A DNA stretch of 64,000 bases from a virus (IMGVR_UViG_3300010347_002008:1-64000), one strand, 5' to 3'; shown: positions 18,247 to 27,977, counted from the stretch's first letter. Numbers and translations are program-made. Notes: generated by a model from the sequence alone, not told the origin.

Positions 18247-20216
18247 GAGCCAAATCTAAAAAAGCCAATAATTCTAAGAAGAGGTGTAAAGCTCCCTGTC
18301 AATTTAAGTATTTTTTCATTATATTGAAAAACAATTCCTTCTACAGGAACAACAGAATGAATTCCTCCTGACTTTTCAAGACGCTCAAGATGCTTAACCA
18401 TCTCTTTTATTTTTTTGTTAAATGCTTCAACACCTTCTACATCTTTTTTCTCCATAAAATGTTTTAGATGATCCATTGCTCTACTTAATTTGTCTTGAAT
18501 ACTTTTAGTAGCCTTATCGGAATCCATGGTAGCAAGTCCTTCTAGGTTTTTTAGAACCGTTACTCCTAGGGTTGTGAATATGTCAACAAATGGTTCTAAT
18601 ATAGATTCTGTAAGATCCTTTACATCTTTCTCCTGTTCTTTAACCCATTTTTGTAAATCCTCGGATTTATCTTTTAATAATTTGTTTATTGTTATAGTTT
18701 TATCTCCTTTCCCCCAACGTTTAGCAAGAGTTTGTTTAAATTCTTCATCCGCCTCTTCGGGTAAATTTTTATCAATATACTTTCTTGTTTCTGCTTCTAT
18801 ATAATCGGCTATTGTTGATGTATCTTCTAAATTGTTATCAGTTTGAAGTACCATTAATTTACGAATCAATCCTTCTCCTATATTATTTGAATCTGTTATA
18901 TATTTTATAATTAGAGGATCTGTTTTTTTGATTAAGAAAGTATTATCTACTTCTCCTTCACGTTGTAGTCTATCTATTTCTTCTATTAATTCAGTAAGTT
19001 TTCCTTTTTCAATTATCTTAACGATTTTGCCGTCTTTATCTAATTCTCTTAAATGATGAATTCGTAATTGATTTCTTTCATAAGGAATTACATTCTCATT
19101 ATCAGTATAAAGAATTTCTATGTTTAACCAACGCACGCCTTCTCCAAAAATCTTTTTAAGGTTTATATGTGTTGAATCAAAAATATTTTGAAAATCTTCC
19201 ATTGCAGCAACGAACGCCTTTCTTACACTTTCTGGGGATCCTCGATCAGTAAAATAATAATCCATCTCATCAATGTCCATGGCTTCTTCACCAAAATTTT
19301 TTAAATGTTTGGTTGAACGTGCTGAATATACTACTCCATCTCTACATGTAATTAAGATGTTTTGACCATCTAACTTTTCAGTTATATTTTCTAACTCGCC
19401 ATGAAGAGATTTATTTATAATATCTCTTAATTCTTCAAACGTTAAATCTGAAGCTTCCCATATATTTTGTATGTGTCCTGCTGCTCCGCCCATTTCGTAA
19501 ATTCCTTTTATTGTTTTATATTTGTCTGATGGATAAATATCTTCTTTTCCTGTTCTAACACCTTCGCCAGCTTCTTCTAAATCATCAGGAAATACCGGGA
19601 AATCTGCCTCTTTATTATCTGATTTATTTAATGCATCCCAAATAAATTTTATCTTTTTATCGGGTAATTGCGGGTAATTTTCTTTAAATTTTTCATAATC
19701 TCCAGAAGCTAAATCTTCTCTAGTTCTTGTTGCAGAAATTGGTTCTCCATTAGAATAAGTTAATGGATCTGCGTTTATGAGTAGCTCTACAATTTCAACC
19801 CCCTTTGGAAGATTTTTCCCAAACTTTTCAGGAGAATAATTATTTACGAATTCTTTAACACGCTTATAATCGTTTCCCTTTGTTGAGGAAGCTAAAGCAT
19901 ATTTTCCAGGAGTTCTCTCGGGTTTTTCAATCCAGCGATAACATGATAAAATTGGAGAGTACGAATCTTTATCTAATACTACATCAACATTCATTCCAGA
20001 TAAAACATTTCGAGCAATATAATATGCCGTATCCGCAGAAATATCATCTCTTTTTCCTGGACTTATAAATAAAACAACCTTCTTAACTTCTGGTTTTTCT
20101 AAATATCTTTTAATAAAATCAATATGAGCCCCTGTAAGAGGTTTAAAACCTCCTGGATAAAGGATCGTAATCCTCTCTAATTTATCACCATATTCCTTAA
20201 GAGATTCAAATTTCAT
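18243..20216 (-). CDS. Cytidylyltransferase-like (HIGH-fold) domain fused to an RNA-ligase-like domain (DUF6267-like, from memory)
   Basis: YPGGFKPLTGAH and ISATRTRE in the N-domain; YE|MGGAAGH, ITEKLDGQN, EGIVF...KLTG in the C-domain. Confidence 0.65.
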   Translation of the reverse strand: MKFESLKEYGDKLERITILYPGGFKPLTGAHIDFIKRYLEKPEVKKVVLFISPGKRDDISADTAYYIARNVLSGMNVDVVLDKDSYSPILSCYRWIEKPERTPGKYALASSTKGNDYKRVKEFVNNYSPEKFGKNLPKGVEIVELLINADPLTYSNGEPISATRTREDLASGDYEKFKENYPQLPDKKIKFIWDALNKSDNKEADFPVFPDDLEEAGEGVRTGKEDIYPSDKYKTIKGIYEMGGAAGHIQNIWEASDLTFEELRDIINKSLHGELENITEKLDGQNILITCRDGVVYSARSTKHLKNFGEEAMDIDEMDYYFTDRGSPESVRKAFVAAMEDFQNIFDSTHINLKKIFGEGVRWLNIEILYTDNENVIPYERNQLRIHHLRELDKDGKIVKIIEKGKLTELIEEIDRLQREGEVDNTFLIKKTDPLIIKYITDSNNIGEGLIRKLMVLQTDNNLEDTSTIADYIEAETRKYIDKNLPEEADEEFKQTLAKRWGKGDKTITINKLLKDKSEDLQKWVKEQEKDVKDLTESILEPFVDIFTTLGVTVLKNLEGLATMDSDKATKSIQDKLSRAMDHLKHFMEKKDVEGVEAFNKKIKEMVKHLERLEKSGGIHSVVPVEGIVFQYNEKILKLTGSFTPLLRIIGFFRFGS

Positions 20217-21969
20217 TTTTTGATTCGTTTAATTTTGTCAAATTGTATTTTTCTATATTCTCTGACAAATATTTTAAAAATGGATAGTAATTATTTGATA
20301 CATATGTTTCCGAATCTTTATAGTTTGGGTTAGCTGTCAATATTTGTTTATTTCTTTCTTTATGCATTCTTAAAATACCATCATCAACTAAATCATCAAC
20401 AAATTTTAGTCCAAATTGATCTCCGCGAGTCACCCTAAAATCAGATCTATCAATTTGTCTATCAGTTCCGTCTAACAAACGTAATACTGCCTTCACATGA
20501 CTTGGCGGATAATGACTATTTTTATGATGATTAATATAATCTATTGCTTTTACGAAGAATAAAAATTGATTACGTTTAATTCTTTCTTGAACAATTCTAA
20601 ATATAGATTTATGGGATAGTTTATAATATAATAATTCAATTATTTTTTCAAAGAAATATTTGTTATGAAGAAACTTAAACTCTTTCTCCATCTGTATCAT
20701 TTCTTTGTGTCCCTGCCCCGAATATTTAGGTAAAACATATGGAAGATGTCCATATTTATTCATTAACTCTCCATACTTGGCCTCATCTAATATTTTCTGA
20801 TAATCTTCAGACGAAATATAATCTAATATCCAATCACTATAGGATTTGGCTAGATTAGTTGCTCTCCATCTATTTTTCAAATTTGTTTTAGCAGTATCGA
20901 TGATAGTTTGTCTAACCTTTTCTTTAGGTAAAAGTTTTAACACTCCTGATCTGTGCAATTTTTCTAAATCATATAATGTTAAGTTCTCTTTTTCAATATA
21001 CTCATTTGCATCTTTAATAACGTCTTCTTCTGCTTTTGGTTTCAAGACATCATTTATTCCTTCAACAAGAAAAGGGTATTTTTCTGCCACCTCCAATGGC
21101 AGATCTTGTTTCATGCTCTTGAGATTAACTTGAAACTTGGTCATTATTTCGTTTAACCTAGCTTTATGAATAAAATCTTTTCTATGAATTATTTCCCATA
21201 ATGTTTCAAAAGAATTAGCAGAATCAGGTTTATAACCATCTCCTAAGGCAATATCAACTACATCTTGTGGATCATTTGTGATGAATTCTGATCCTAAAAC
21301 TGTACCTTTTTGAACTATATTTCCCTTTTTGCCCATAAAAGATCTCTTAATGTTCCAAACTCCAGTCGGAAACCTTATGGCTAATGAAGTATATTCTTCT
21401 GCCTGCCCCTCAAATAATTTAGTAACTTCTTTTGTGGATTCTGAAACTAGAGCCATTAACAGTGCATTTCTTGTGGCTCCTTTATATTTTGATTCCCCTT
21501 CTGCGAGATTTGGTGAATGATACATAAATTTAGCCCATTTTAAATCAGGAGAAGGCATTAAATCTACTTGAGCATATCCTTTTGATTCATCACCACATAT
21601 AGGAACTTTGACAGATACTTGGTCAAATCCTTTTAAAAGTGTAGTTTCAAAACCATGTTCTTCATTCAATATTTGATTAATGGCTTCTGAAATTTCTTCA
21701 AATTTCATTCCATTATCCAAAAATCTTTTCGCATCAATAGCTACATCAATATCTCCAGATTTTTCCCCTTTAGGTTTTTTTCCATAAGATCCTATTGGAA
21801 GTGCTTCATTTCTTTCAATAAAAATAAGCGGAAGAATGTTTAGTTCTACCCATTCATATGTTGGTTGAACTTCATCTGTTTCTAATGGACGAACGTTCTT
21901 AACAGCTTTGCCACCCATCTTTTTTATCTTTTTTAATGTGTTAAAAATGTTATTTAAATATTGACCCAT
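20206..21969 (-). CDS. Pol-beta-family nucleotidyltransferase with a second domain after an internal KPK motif
   Basis: GSYG...SGDIDVAID and AQVDLM catalytic-type motifs; internal VE|GINDVLKPKAEEDV. Confidence 0.7.
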   Translation of the reverse strand: MGQYLNNIFNTLKKIKKMGGKAVKNVRPLETDEVQPTYEWVELNILPLIFIERNEALPIGSYGKKPKGEKSGDIDVAIDAKRFLDNGMKFEEISEAINQILNEEHGFETTLLKGFDQVSVKVPICGDESKGYAQVDLMPSPDLKWAKFMYHSPNLAEGESKYKGATRNALLMALVSESTKEVTKLFEGQAEEYTSLAIRFPTGVWNIKRSFMGKKGNIVQKGTVLGSEFITNDPQDVVDIALGDGYKPDSANSFETLWEIIHRKDFIHKARLNEIMTKFQVNLKSMKQDLPLEVAEKYPFLVEGINDVLKPKAEEDVIKDANEYIEKENLTLYDLEKLHRSGVLKLLPKEKVRQTIIDTAKTNLKNRWRATNLAKSYSDWILDYISSEDYQKILDEAKYGELMNKYGHLPYVLPKYSGQGHKEMIQMEKEFKFLHNKYFFEKIIELLYYKLSHKSIFRIVQERIKRNQFLFFVKAIDYINHHKNSHYPPSHVKAVLRLLDGTDRQIDRSDFRVTRGDQFGLKFVDDLVDDGILRMHKERNKQILTANPNYKDSETYVSNNYYPFLKYLSENIEKYNLTKLNESKNEI

Positions 21970-21983
21970 TTTTTTGCTTATAT

Positions 21984-22640
21984 TTATTTCTTTTTAAAAG
22001 GTTTTGATTTGACAATACTATTTTTGTTTTGTTCTTTCTTTTTTTCTTCTAAATTTACAACTCTTCGAATTAATTCATCTTTTTGACCATCTTTATGATA
22101 TGAATAAACCCCTTTAACAAACAACACATCAAATGGCTCATCTAAAATTTTTTTATATTTTTTTCCTGTTCCTTTTTTTACATATGCTATTGTCATGTGT
22201 GGTTCATATTTTGGAAAGGTTTGTGTATTTGGAAATGATTTCATAAACATATCACGATAAGTCTGTAGTTGTGCTGTTACAGGAACATTATATTTTACAA
22301 CATCATATTCAGGATTTTCAAAAATATCAATCTCTTTTATTTGTACTTTGACTGGTTTTAGTTTTTGTTCCATCATGTCAACAATAACAGATGGGTCAAT
22401 TTCATCTTCATGAATTCCATATAAAATAGTTATATGAGGATTTTCTTCTAATCCATAAGAATCATCACTAGGTTTTATAAAAACATCGTCTTCTTCAATT
22501 CCGTTTAAATGGTTTTCTTTCCAATCTTTAATTTTATTTGGTTCCATCATGACACAACCATAAACTTGTTCTTCTTGATTTTTCTGTTCAAGAAGCCAAT
22601 TATCAATAGTTAAAAATTTAGTCTTCATCATCTTCTTCAA
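21984..22640 (-). CDS. 2H phosphoesterase (LigT/Acb1-like fold)
   Basis: Two HxT motifs: PHITILYG and PHMTIAY. True start probably 22628-22631. Confidence 0.85.
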   Translation of the reverse strand: MKKMMKTKFLTIDNWLLEQKNQEEQVYGCVMMEPNKIKDWKENHLNGIEEDDVFIKPSDDSYGLEENPHITILYGIHEDEIDPSVIVDMMEQKLKPVKVQIKEIDIFENPEYDVVKYNVPVTAQLQTYRDMFMKSFPNTQTFPKYEPHMTIAYVKKGTGKKYKKILDEPFDVLFVKGVYSYHKDGQKDELIRRVVNLEEKKKEQNKNSIVKSKPFKKK

Positions 22641-23844
22641 AATCTGGGAAATTTGATTTAAAATCGTCTCTTACATTTATTTCTTCATCATCGGTTATTT
22701 CTAATAACTTACTCTCTAATTCACTAGTAAATTCCCTTGGATCAGTATATAATGTGGTTTGTAATTGCGAACCATCTGTATTCATATAAAAGAAATCTGA
22801 ATTTATTTCGGAATATCCGGATGCCTCATATTCATATTCTCCTGTTTTAATATTAACTATAAATTTTATGTATGTAGTTAATTGTAAATCTGAACCATCA
22901 TCTTTATAAAAATTGAATACTAAGTTATCTCCTCTTAAAGAAATTGCATCTTTTTCAAAGACCCCTCCTGTGGCTGGGTCAGAAACTCCTTCACGAATGA
23001 ATTTTAATATTCCTCCTGCTTGTTCAATAGCCTTCTCCATTTCTTCAGGAGATTTCGGTTTAAATACTTGTTCTGCTACACCTTCTGTTAATTCGTCTAA
23101 ATATTGAATTGCATATTTTAAAAATAATTTATAAGCCTTTCCTCCCAATTCTTTATATGTTTTTAATAATGGATGATCCGGTGGTCTTCTTAGCATTCTT
23201 CCTCTGAACATGGGGGGTCTCATCATTTCTGGAGGCGGCATCATACCTCTTGGAGGTGGGGGCATTCTCTTAGGTGGTCCTGGTTCATATGAAGCATCCT
23301 TTAACATTTTTAATATATCTTCTTTTGAATGAAACTCCGACATTTCTTGTACAAAACTAAAAGCCATGGCCATTATTTCTTGTTTATTTCCAAAATAATC
23401 TTCTTTGGTTTTAAATGTAGGGTTTTGTTTAACTTTCATTCTATCAACTTGTTGCAAGTGTATAGTTTCGTGCCCAAATCCAGACCACAGTCTATTCAAT
23501 AGAGAATCTAATCTAGCTCTAGACATCTTAACAATCTTATCATCAAAAGTTTTATCAACATAAAGAGTAATTTTATTTGTTGAGGGGTCAAATCCTAATA
23601 AACGGATTCCTGCTTCAGGAACCATATTAGCTTTTTGAAATTCTCTTTTTTCTTCTGCAGGAATTGCAGCCATGTGTTCGTCAAAATCAACAAGACCTAT
23701 ACCCAATGGATTTAATTGTTGATTCAAATCATAAAATGGATCCCATGTTTCAGATGTTGCTACATTGACAAAAATCTCCTTAAATTGATTAAACAGATTT
23801 TCACTGGGACTTATTTTTGCTTCATTTATAAATTTAGCTCTCAT
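22618..23844 (-). CDS. MRAKFINE-leader protein with HExxH zincin-like motif, Pro/Met-rich linker and second domain
   Basis: GHETIHLQQ...QEIMAMA; PPKRMPPPPRGMMPPP; internal TE|GVAEQVFKPKSPEEM. Confidence 0.6.
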   Translation of the reverse strand: MRAKFINEAKISPSENLFNQFKEIFVNVATSETWDPFYDLNQQLNPLGIGLVDFDEHMAAIPAEEKREFQKANMVPEAGIRLLGFDPSTNKITLYVDKTFDDKIVKMSRARLDSLLNRLWSGFGHETIHLQQVDRMKVKQNPTFKTKEDYFGNKQEIMAMAFSFVQEMSEFHSKEDILKMLKDASYEPGPPKRMPPPPRGMMPPPEMMRPPMFRGRMLRRPPDHPLLKTYKELGGKAYKLFLKYAIQYLDELTEGVAEQVFKPKSPEEMEKAIEQAGGILKFIREGVSDPATGGVFEKDAISLRGDNLVFNFYKDDGSDLQLTTYIKFIVNIKTGEYEYEASGYSEINSDFFYMNTDGSQLQTTLYTDPREFTSELESKLLEITDDEEINVRDDFKSNFPDFEEDDED

Positions 23845-23880
23845 TAATCAAAGACTTTATTTTATTTATTCAAAATAAAA

Positions 23881-23900
23881 AAGGAGTGTTTCCACTCCTT
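23881..23900 (-). terminator. Rho-independent terminator after the amidase gene
   Basis: AAGGAGTG-TTTC-CACTCCTT hairpin with T tract on the minus strand. Confidence 0.75.
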
Positions 23901-24636
23901 ATATTAAATTAGGAAGAGTTTTTAATAATGAAATTAGGTTTGGATCGGGGTGACAGTCTGATTTTTGAGGATATGGTCTATATGATACATGTGTCCAAAC
24001 TCCTGGGGTACCTCCAAGGGCTCTTGGAGAAATATCCCACATGTCTTCATTATAGTTTAATGGAATGTTATATGTTTTATTCCATAAAAGTATTATTTCA
24101 CCAAGAGAATGAAGTTGATTATAAGTATATGCTTCATATATTTGTGATCCTCTAAATCCCATTGGATAAACACTAGTAGGAACATCAACAACACTGTCAT
24201 AAACTGTGTATAATTTACCATTACGTTCTGTTAGTTGTCCCCAATTATCAAGTTCTATTGCTATAGATCCTTTATCTAGGGAAGAATTTCCACAACCTAA
24301 ATGATAACCCCAATATTTAGAAGAAAATAATTGATTTATTTTTCCATTTCTTTCAATAATTACACAAGTAGCAACATGTTCTTTGAAGGTTTTCCAATGT
24401 TCTAAATCTCCACTAATTCCGGGTCCACTTATAGTGTGATGAATTACAATTTGTTTTTTAGTGAAATACTCTTTATAATATTTCACCCATTCAACTTGAA
24501 CCAAGTCTTTATCATCTAATGACAAAGGTTTAAGATCTGACCAATCCCAGGTTGCTTTCGGAGGTTCAATAGGAACAGGTGGTGTAATAACAGGTTCGGG
24601 CATAGTTTTTTTATTAAATAGTGGTATGCAAAACAT
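23899..24636 (-). CDS. N-acetylmuramoyl-L-alanine amidase (Amidase_2-type), probable endolysin
   Basis: IVIHHT, HVATCVIIERNG, SIAIEL, THVSYR...KSDCHP zinc-amidase motifs. Confidence 0.85.
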   Translation of the reverse strand: MFCIPLFNKKTMPEPVITPPVPIEPPKATWDWSDLKPLSLDDKDLVQVEWVKYYKEYFTKKQIVIHHTISGPGISGDLEHWKTFKEHVATCVIIERNGKINQLFSSKYWGYHLGCGNSSLDKGSIAIELDNWGQLTERNGKLYTVYDSVVDVPTSVYPMGFRGSQIYEAYTYNQLHSLGEIILLWNKTYNIPLNYNEDMWDISPRALGGTPGVWTHVSYRPYPQKSDCHPDPNLISLLKTLPNLI

Positions 24637-24657
24637 TTTTTTATTTATATATCAAAA

Positions 24658-24680
24658 ATAAAGGGGTTTTAGCCCCTTTA
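24658..24680 (-). terminator. Rho-independent terminator
   Basis: AAAGGGG-loop-CCCCTTT hairpin followed by a T-rich tract, immediately before a GATATATAAATAA motif. Confidence 0.7.
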
Positions 24681-24874
24681 TTTTTGATATAAAAATTAAT
24701 AATATTAAAGTTTCTCAAGTATTATTATTTGGTCTATATCACCTACACTTGTACCAGGATCCTGTAGTGCCAAATGAATCACTGTACCAAATGTTTCCTA
24801 TAGCATAGTCGCCAGCAAAAATTCGATTGTTTACTTCAATGAGTGATTACGTATGCCATAAATTATGATTTATT

Positions 24875-25285
24875 TTATTTATTCTTTCTTTTAATAAATC
24901 TTTCGCATTTTCCTTTCCAAGCGGAATTACCCCATGAATTAACTGCTAAGGTTTTTGTATTATTTAATATTCCCCTATTTTCTGTCCAATCATCATCAAG
25001 ATGCCAAATAAAATCTGTATTAGATTTAAAAAAAACCCATTTATCTATAAAATTAGTGAATATGATTCTATCTCTGGGAATTCCTAGTTTGTCTGCCACT
25101 TCAAAAAGGTCCCTATTTGCCATTTGAGCATATTCAGGAGTAGTATGATAAGCTACCAAATGATGTTCGAAATCATAACGTGAAGTAACTATCCATACTT
25201 CTATTCCTCGTTCAATAAGTTCTCTGGCGTACTCTTGAATATGAGGCCTATCTAGGGTACTATCGAAATCAAATGACACTTTCAT
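24875..25285 (-). CDS. HAD-superfamily phosphatase-like protein
   Basis: SFDFDSTL, IVTSR, HLDDD motifs. Confidence 0.75.
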   Translation of the reverse strand: MKVSFDFDSTLDRPHIQEYARELIERGIEVWIVTSRYDFEHHLVAYHTTPEYAQMANRDLFEVADKLGIPRDRIIFTNFIDKWVFFKSNTDFIWHLDDDWTENRGILNNTKTLAVNSWGNSAWKGKCERFIKRKNK

Positions 25286-25290
25286 AGTGA

Positions 25291-25298
25291 CAAATATA
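25291..25298 (-). promoter_or_regulatory. Bacteroidota-type -7 promoter box (TAnnTTTG)
   Basis: TATATTTG on the minus strand, 5 nt before the ATG at 25285. Confidence 0.5.
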
Positions 25299-25306
25299 AT
25301 AAAAAA

Positions 25307-25618
25307 TTATGGAAGTCTTAACAATTTTTCTATTCTTTCTGAAACTTTATACCCCTCTTCTGTTCTTTCAATGAAGCCGTTTTCATAAAATATTTTAGCT
25401 GTGAACACGCCAATTTCTTTGGCGTCCTTAATAGCTTCCTTTATTTCTGTTTCAGACAATATTGGGGTTGCGTTTGTTTCATCTTTTTTTAATATTCTGG
25501 ATTTTATTGATGAACGAATTAAATTTTTAGATACAAATATAGATACAGATTTGTCAAATTCACCATTTTGAATTCTTTCATCTATCTTTTTTAAGAATAT
25601 TTTCGCTTGTTCAGTCAT
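25307..25618 (-). CDS. Hypothetical protein
   Basis: ORF track. Confidence 0.75.
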   Translation of the reverse strand: MTEQAKIFLKKIDERIQNGEFDKSVSIFVSKNLIRSSIKSRILKKDETNATPILSETEIKEAIKDAKEIGVFTAKIFYENGFIERTEEGYKVSERIEKLLRLP

Positions 25619-25766
25619 AGCGTTTTTATGTATTTATCTGGTTATATTGCTTTAACAGCAAATTATGTTAAAATTTAACAAAAATTTAACGAGGTTTTGA
25701 GAACCGTGGGCCCGAGATTCATAAAATAAGTACCTAAGCTCTCCAGGAAAAAACTACCTAAATATA

Positions 25767-26384
25767 TTACTTATGTATCTTTTCCCGGAGGGTCTCGAGA
25801 GTCCAGTACGCATCAACAATATCGTCAAGATGAACAAGCCAGTTTCCTTTCTTAGTCTTAAATTCCTCCTCATTTCTTTTTAAATAATCACTAAATTCGG
25901 TGGGGGCATTTTTGAAGGCTTCAATCATATCTGCTTTCTTTTGTCCCTTTTTAGAACATCCAGCAGTTTTTTTGATTGTGATAGGAGCATAAGTATACAT
26001 ATTATCTAAGGAAACCCTATCTGAAAGAACATCCATAAGAATGTATTTATACCCTCCTAATTGTAAAACCACATCTCCAGAAGATCCGTATGATAAACCT
26101 TCAAAAGCTAAATAAGTTTCATCATCGATAAAAGGTGAAATGGAATTTAGTATAAGTTTAGCTAAATATTTTGAATTCTCAACTTCATAACGAAGTTTTT
26201 CTGAAACATTATCTCCTTTATCTTTATCATCAGTTCTTTCAACTAAAAGAATAGGAGCATCCTTATAAGTATTTTTATTGGATTCCGATAATCCATAAGG
26301 CCACGATATAAAATAATATCGTTCATTTTTTAGAATACAAGCAGCTGGTTTATTGATTGAAAAGTCAAATCCTATTAATGTCAT
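25767..26384 (-). CDS. RuvC-like Holliday junction resolvase
   Basis: IGFDFSI (first acidic), AFEGLSYGS, KK.AG...K..M, DDIVDAYW. Confidence 0.8.
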   Translation of the reverse strand: MTLIGFDFSINKPAACILKNERYYFISWPYGLSESNKNTYKDAPILLVERTDDKDKGDNVSEKLRYEVENSKYLAKLILNSISPFIDDETYLAFEGLSYGSSGDVVLQLGGYKYILMDVLSDRVSLDNMYTYAPITIKKTAGCSKKGQKKADMIEAFKNAPTEFSDYLKRNEEEFKTKKGNWLVHLDDIVDAYWTLETLREKIHK

Positions 26385-26395
26385 ATATTTGAATA

Positions 26396-26662
26396 TTAGA
26401 TATTTATATTATAATAATTTGACATCAAAGTTTTGATTTCATCTATTAATTCTTCTTTAGATAAATTACTAAAGAAAATTTGAGGAGTCATTTTAATAAG
26501 TTCAGCCTTAGATATTAATTTATCATGATAAAGTTGCTCAGCAAAATTCCATAGAATATCTGCTAGTTGAATTTCATCTAGTTTTTCAAGATCCTTAATT
26601 TTAATATTTGATTTAGGTTTTAAAATATCTTCTAATTTTTCAATAACAAGTTTGGTTGACAT
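26396..26662 (-). CDS. Hypothetical protein with leader and DILKPKS motif
   Basis: MSTKLVIE|KLEDILKPKS. Confidence 0.75.
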   Translation of the reverse strand: MSTKLVIEKLEDILKPKSNIKIKDLEKLDEIQLADILWNFAEQLYHDKLISKAELIKMTPQIFFSNLSKEELIDEIKTLMSNYYNINI

Positions 26663-26982
26663 TATCTAAATTTATTTGGAAATATAGTTCTCCATTCATG
26701 CCCTCTAGGAACATCAGAAACCTTAACACCAAAAATTTTCTGTTCAGGACACGGATCATTACCATCTATTAAAAAATTATTGTTGCAAGCCCAAGTTTCT
26801 ATGTTTCTGCTTATTCTCTGTCCTACATTAAATGGAAATCTAATTCGTGAATTTAAATTATCTACTCTAGATATTCGTCCATCAAGATTTTTATACACAA
26901 CAAAAGACAATGATGGATTTATTTTATGTGTAAAAGTAATTTTAACATCACTAAATCCTTCATTTACAAGTTTGGCTCTCAT
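26662..26982 (-). CDS. Hypothetical protein with MRAKLVNE leader
   Basis: ORF track. Confidence 0.8.
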   Translation of the reverse strand: MRAKLVNEGFSDVKITFTHKINPSLSFVVYKNLDGRISRVDNLNSRIRFPFNVGQRISRNIETWACNNNFLIDGNDPCPEQKIFGVKVSDVPRGHEWRTIFPNKFR

Positions 26983-27977
26983 TATAATTTAAATTTATTT
27001 TCATCAATAAATTTTCTTAAATCATCAGGAATTTCATCATTATGAGCATAATCTTTGTTCCACATATATTTAGGAATATAAACAGCCCATACTCCAGATC
27101 CTTCTTGATGTTGATATTGATGTGCTGCTCTAATTTTCATCATCGGAACTTGTGATAAACTACCTGAATCATATTTATTTAATTTAACTAAATTTTCAAT
27201 TCCCATTCTTCTTTTATGAACTGTTTCTCCGCCAATTTCCTTTTCAATAAATTCAGGATAACCGATAAAAGCATATACATCATAATATTCATCTCTTAAA
27301 GCTTCTTCTTCAGAACGAGTTTCTCTATATAAAGATAATTTTAACTGTTCAATATCCTTCTTGTTAAATAATTTATTATCTCCATATCTTCCACTCTCAG
27401 GGATAGTTATGTTTGCAGCTTTGTCAAGTATGTTACTTCTTCCATATTTTTCTCCCATTTCATGAATTAATTCTTGAAGATTATCAACTTCTCGACGATC
27501 TATAGCTCCTTTAATTTTAAATAGAAGCATTATTTGATTTGTTTCTGGGTCAACTCTTGGGTCATCTTCAACATCTCTAAATAAGTCAGGCCATGATTTA
27601 AAGAACCTCCAAACTAACATAGCCTTTTCATTAAAATCTTTTTTGTTTAAAATATAATCTTTTAATTCCTTTAATAACCCATCATCTTTCATTCCTGAAA
27701 AAATATCAGGGAGTTGTTTTTCAATTTCTTCAATATAATTGACTTTTTCAATAACATCAATTTTTTGTAATTCTTTCTTTACTTCATTCCTAATATCTGC
27801 AACAACTTCAGGCTGCTGTAAAAGACCTTTATACATTTGCCCGTGTTGTTTCTGCATCTGTTGAATCCTTTTAATTTTTTCAGATACAGACATGTTTTTA
27901 ATTTGATTTAAAACCTCCACTGCTGTTTTTGGTTTTAAAATATCTCCTAAGGCCTCATATACTTTTTGTGCTTTCAT
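26982..27977 (-). CDS. Helical hypothetical protein with leader and DILKPKT motif
   Basis: Start moved from 28022 to 27977 (MKAQKVYE|ALGDILKPKTAVEV), removing the overlap with the upstream gene. Confidence 0.75.
   Translation of the reverse strand: MKAQKVYEALGDILKPKTAVEVLNQIKNMSVSEKIKRIQQMQKQHGQMYKGLLQQPEVVADIRNEVKKELQKIDVIEKVNYIEEIEKQLPDIFSGMKDDGLLKELKDYILNKKDFNEKAMLVWRFFKSWPDLFRDVEDDPRVDPETNQIMLLFKIKGAIDRREVDNLQELIHEMGEKYGRSNILDKAANITIPESGRYGDNKLFNKKDIEQLKLSLYRETRSEEEALRDEYYDVYAFIGYPEFIEKEIGGETVHKRRMGIENLVKLNKYDSGSLSQVPMMKIRAAHQYQHQEGSGVWAVYIPKYMWNKDYAHNDEIPDDLRKFIDENKFKL

Noticed and set aside
25619-25766. Intergenic region with repeated TTAAC(A) words, also at 17650-17715, as possible origin or operator
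   Set aside because: Short AT-rich words in an AT-rich genome; no consistent spacing or convincing palindrome by eye.
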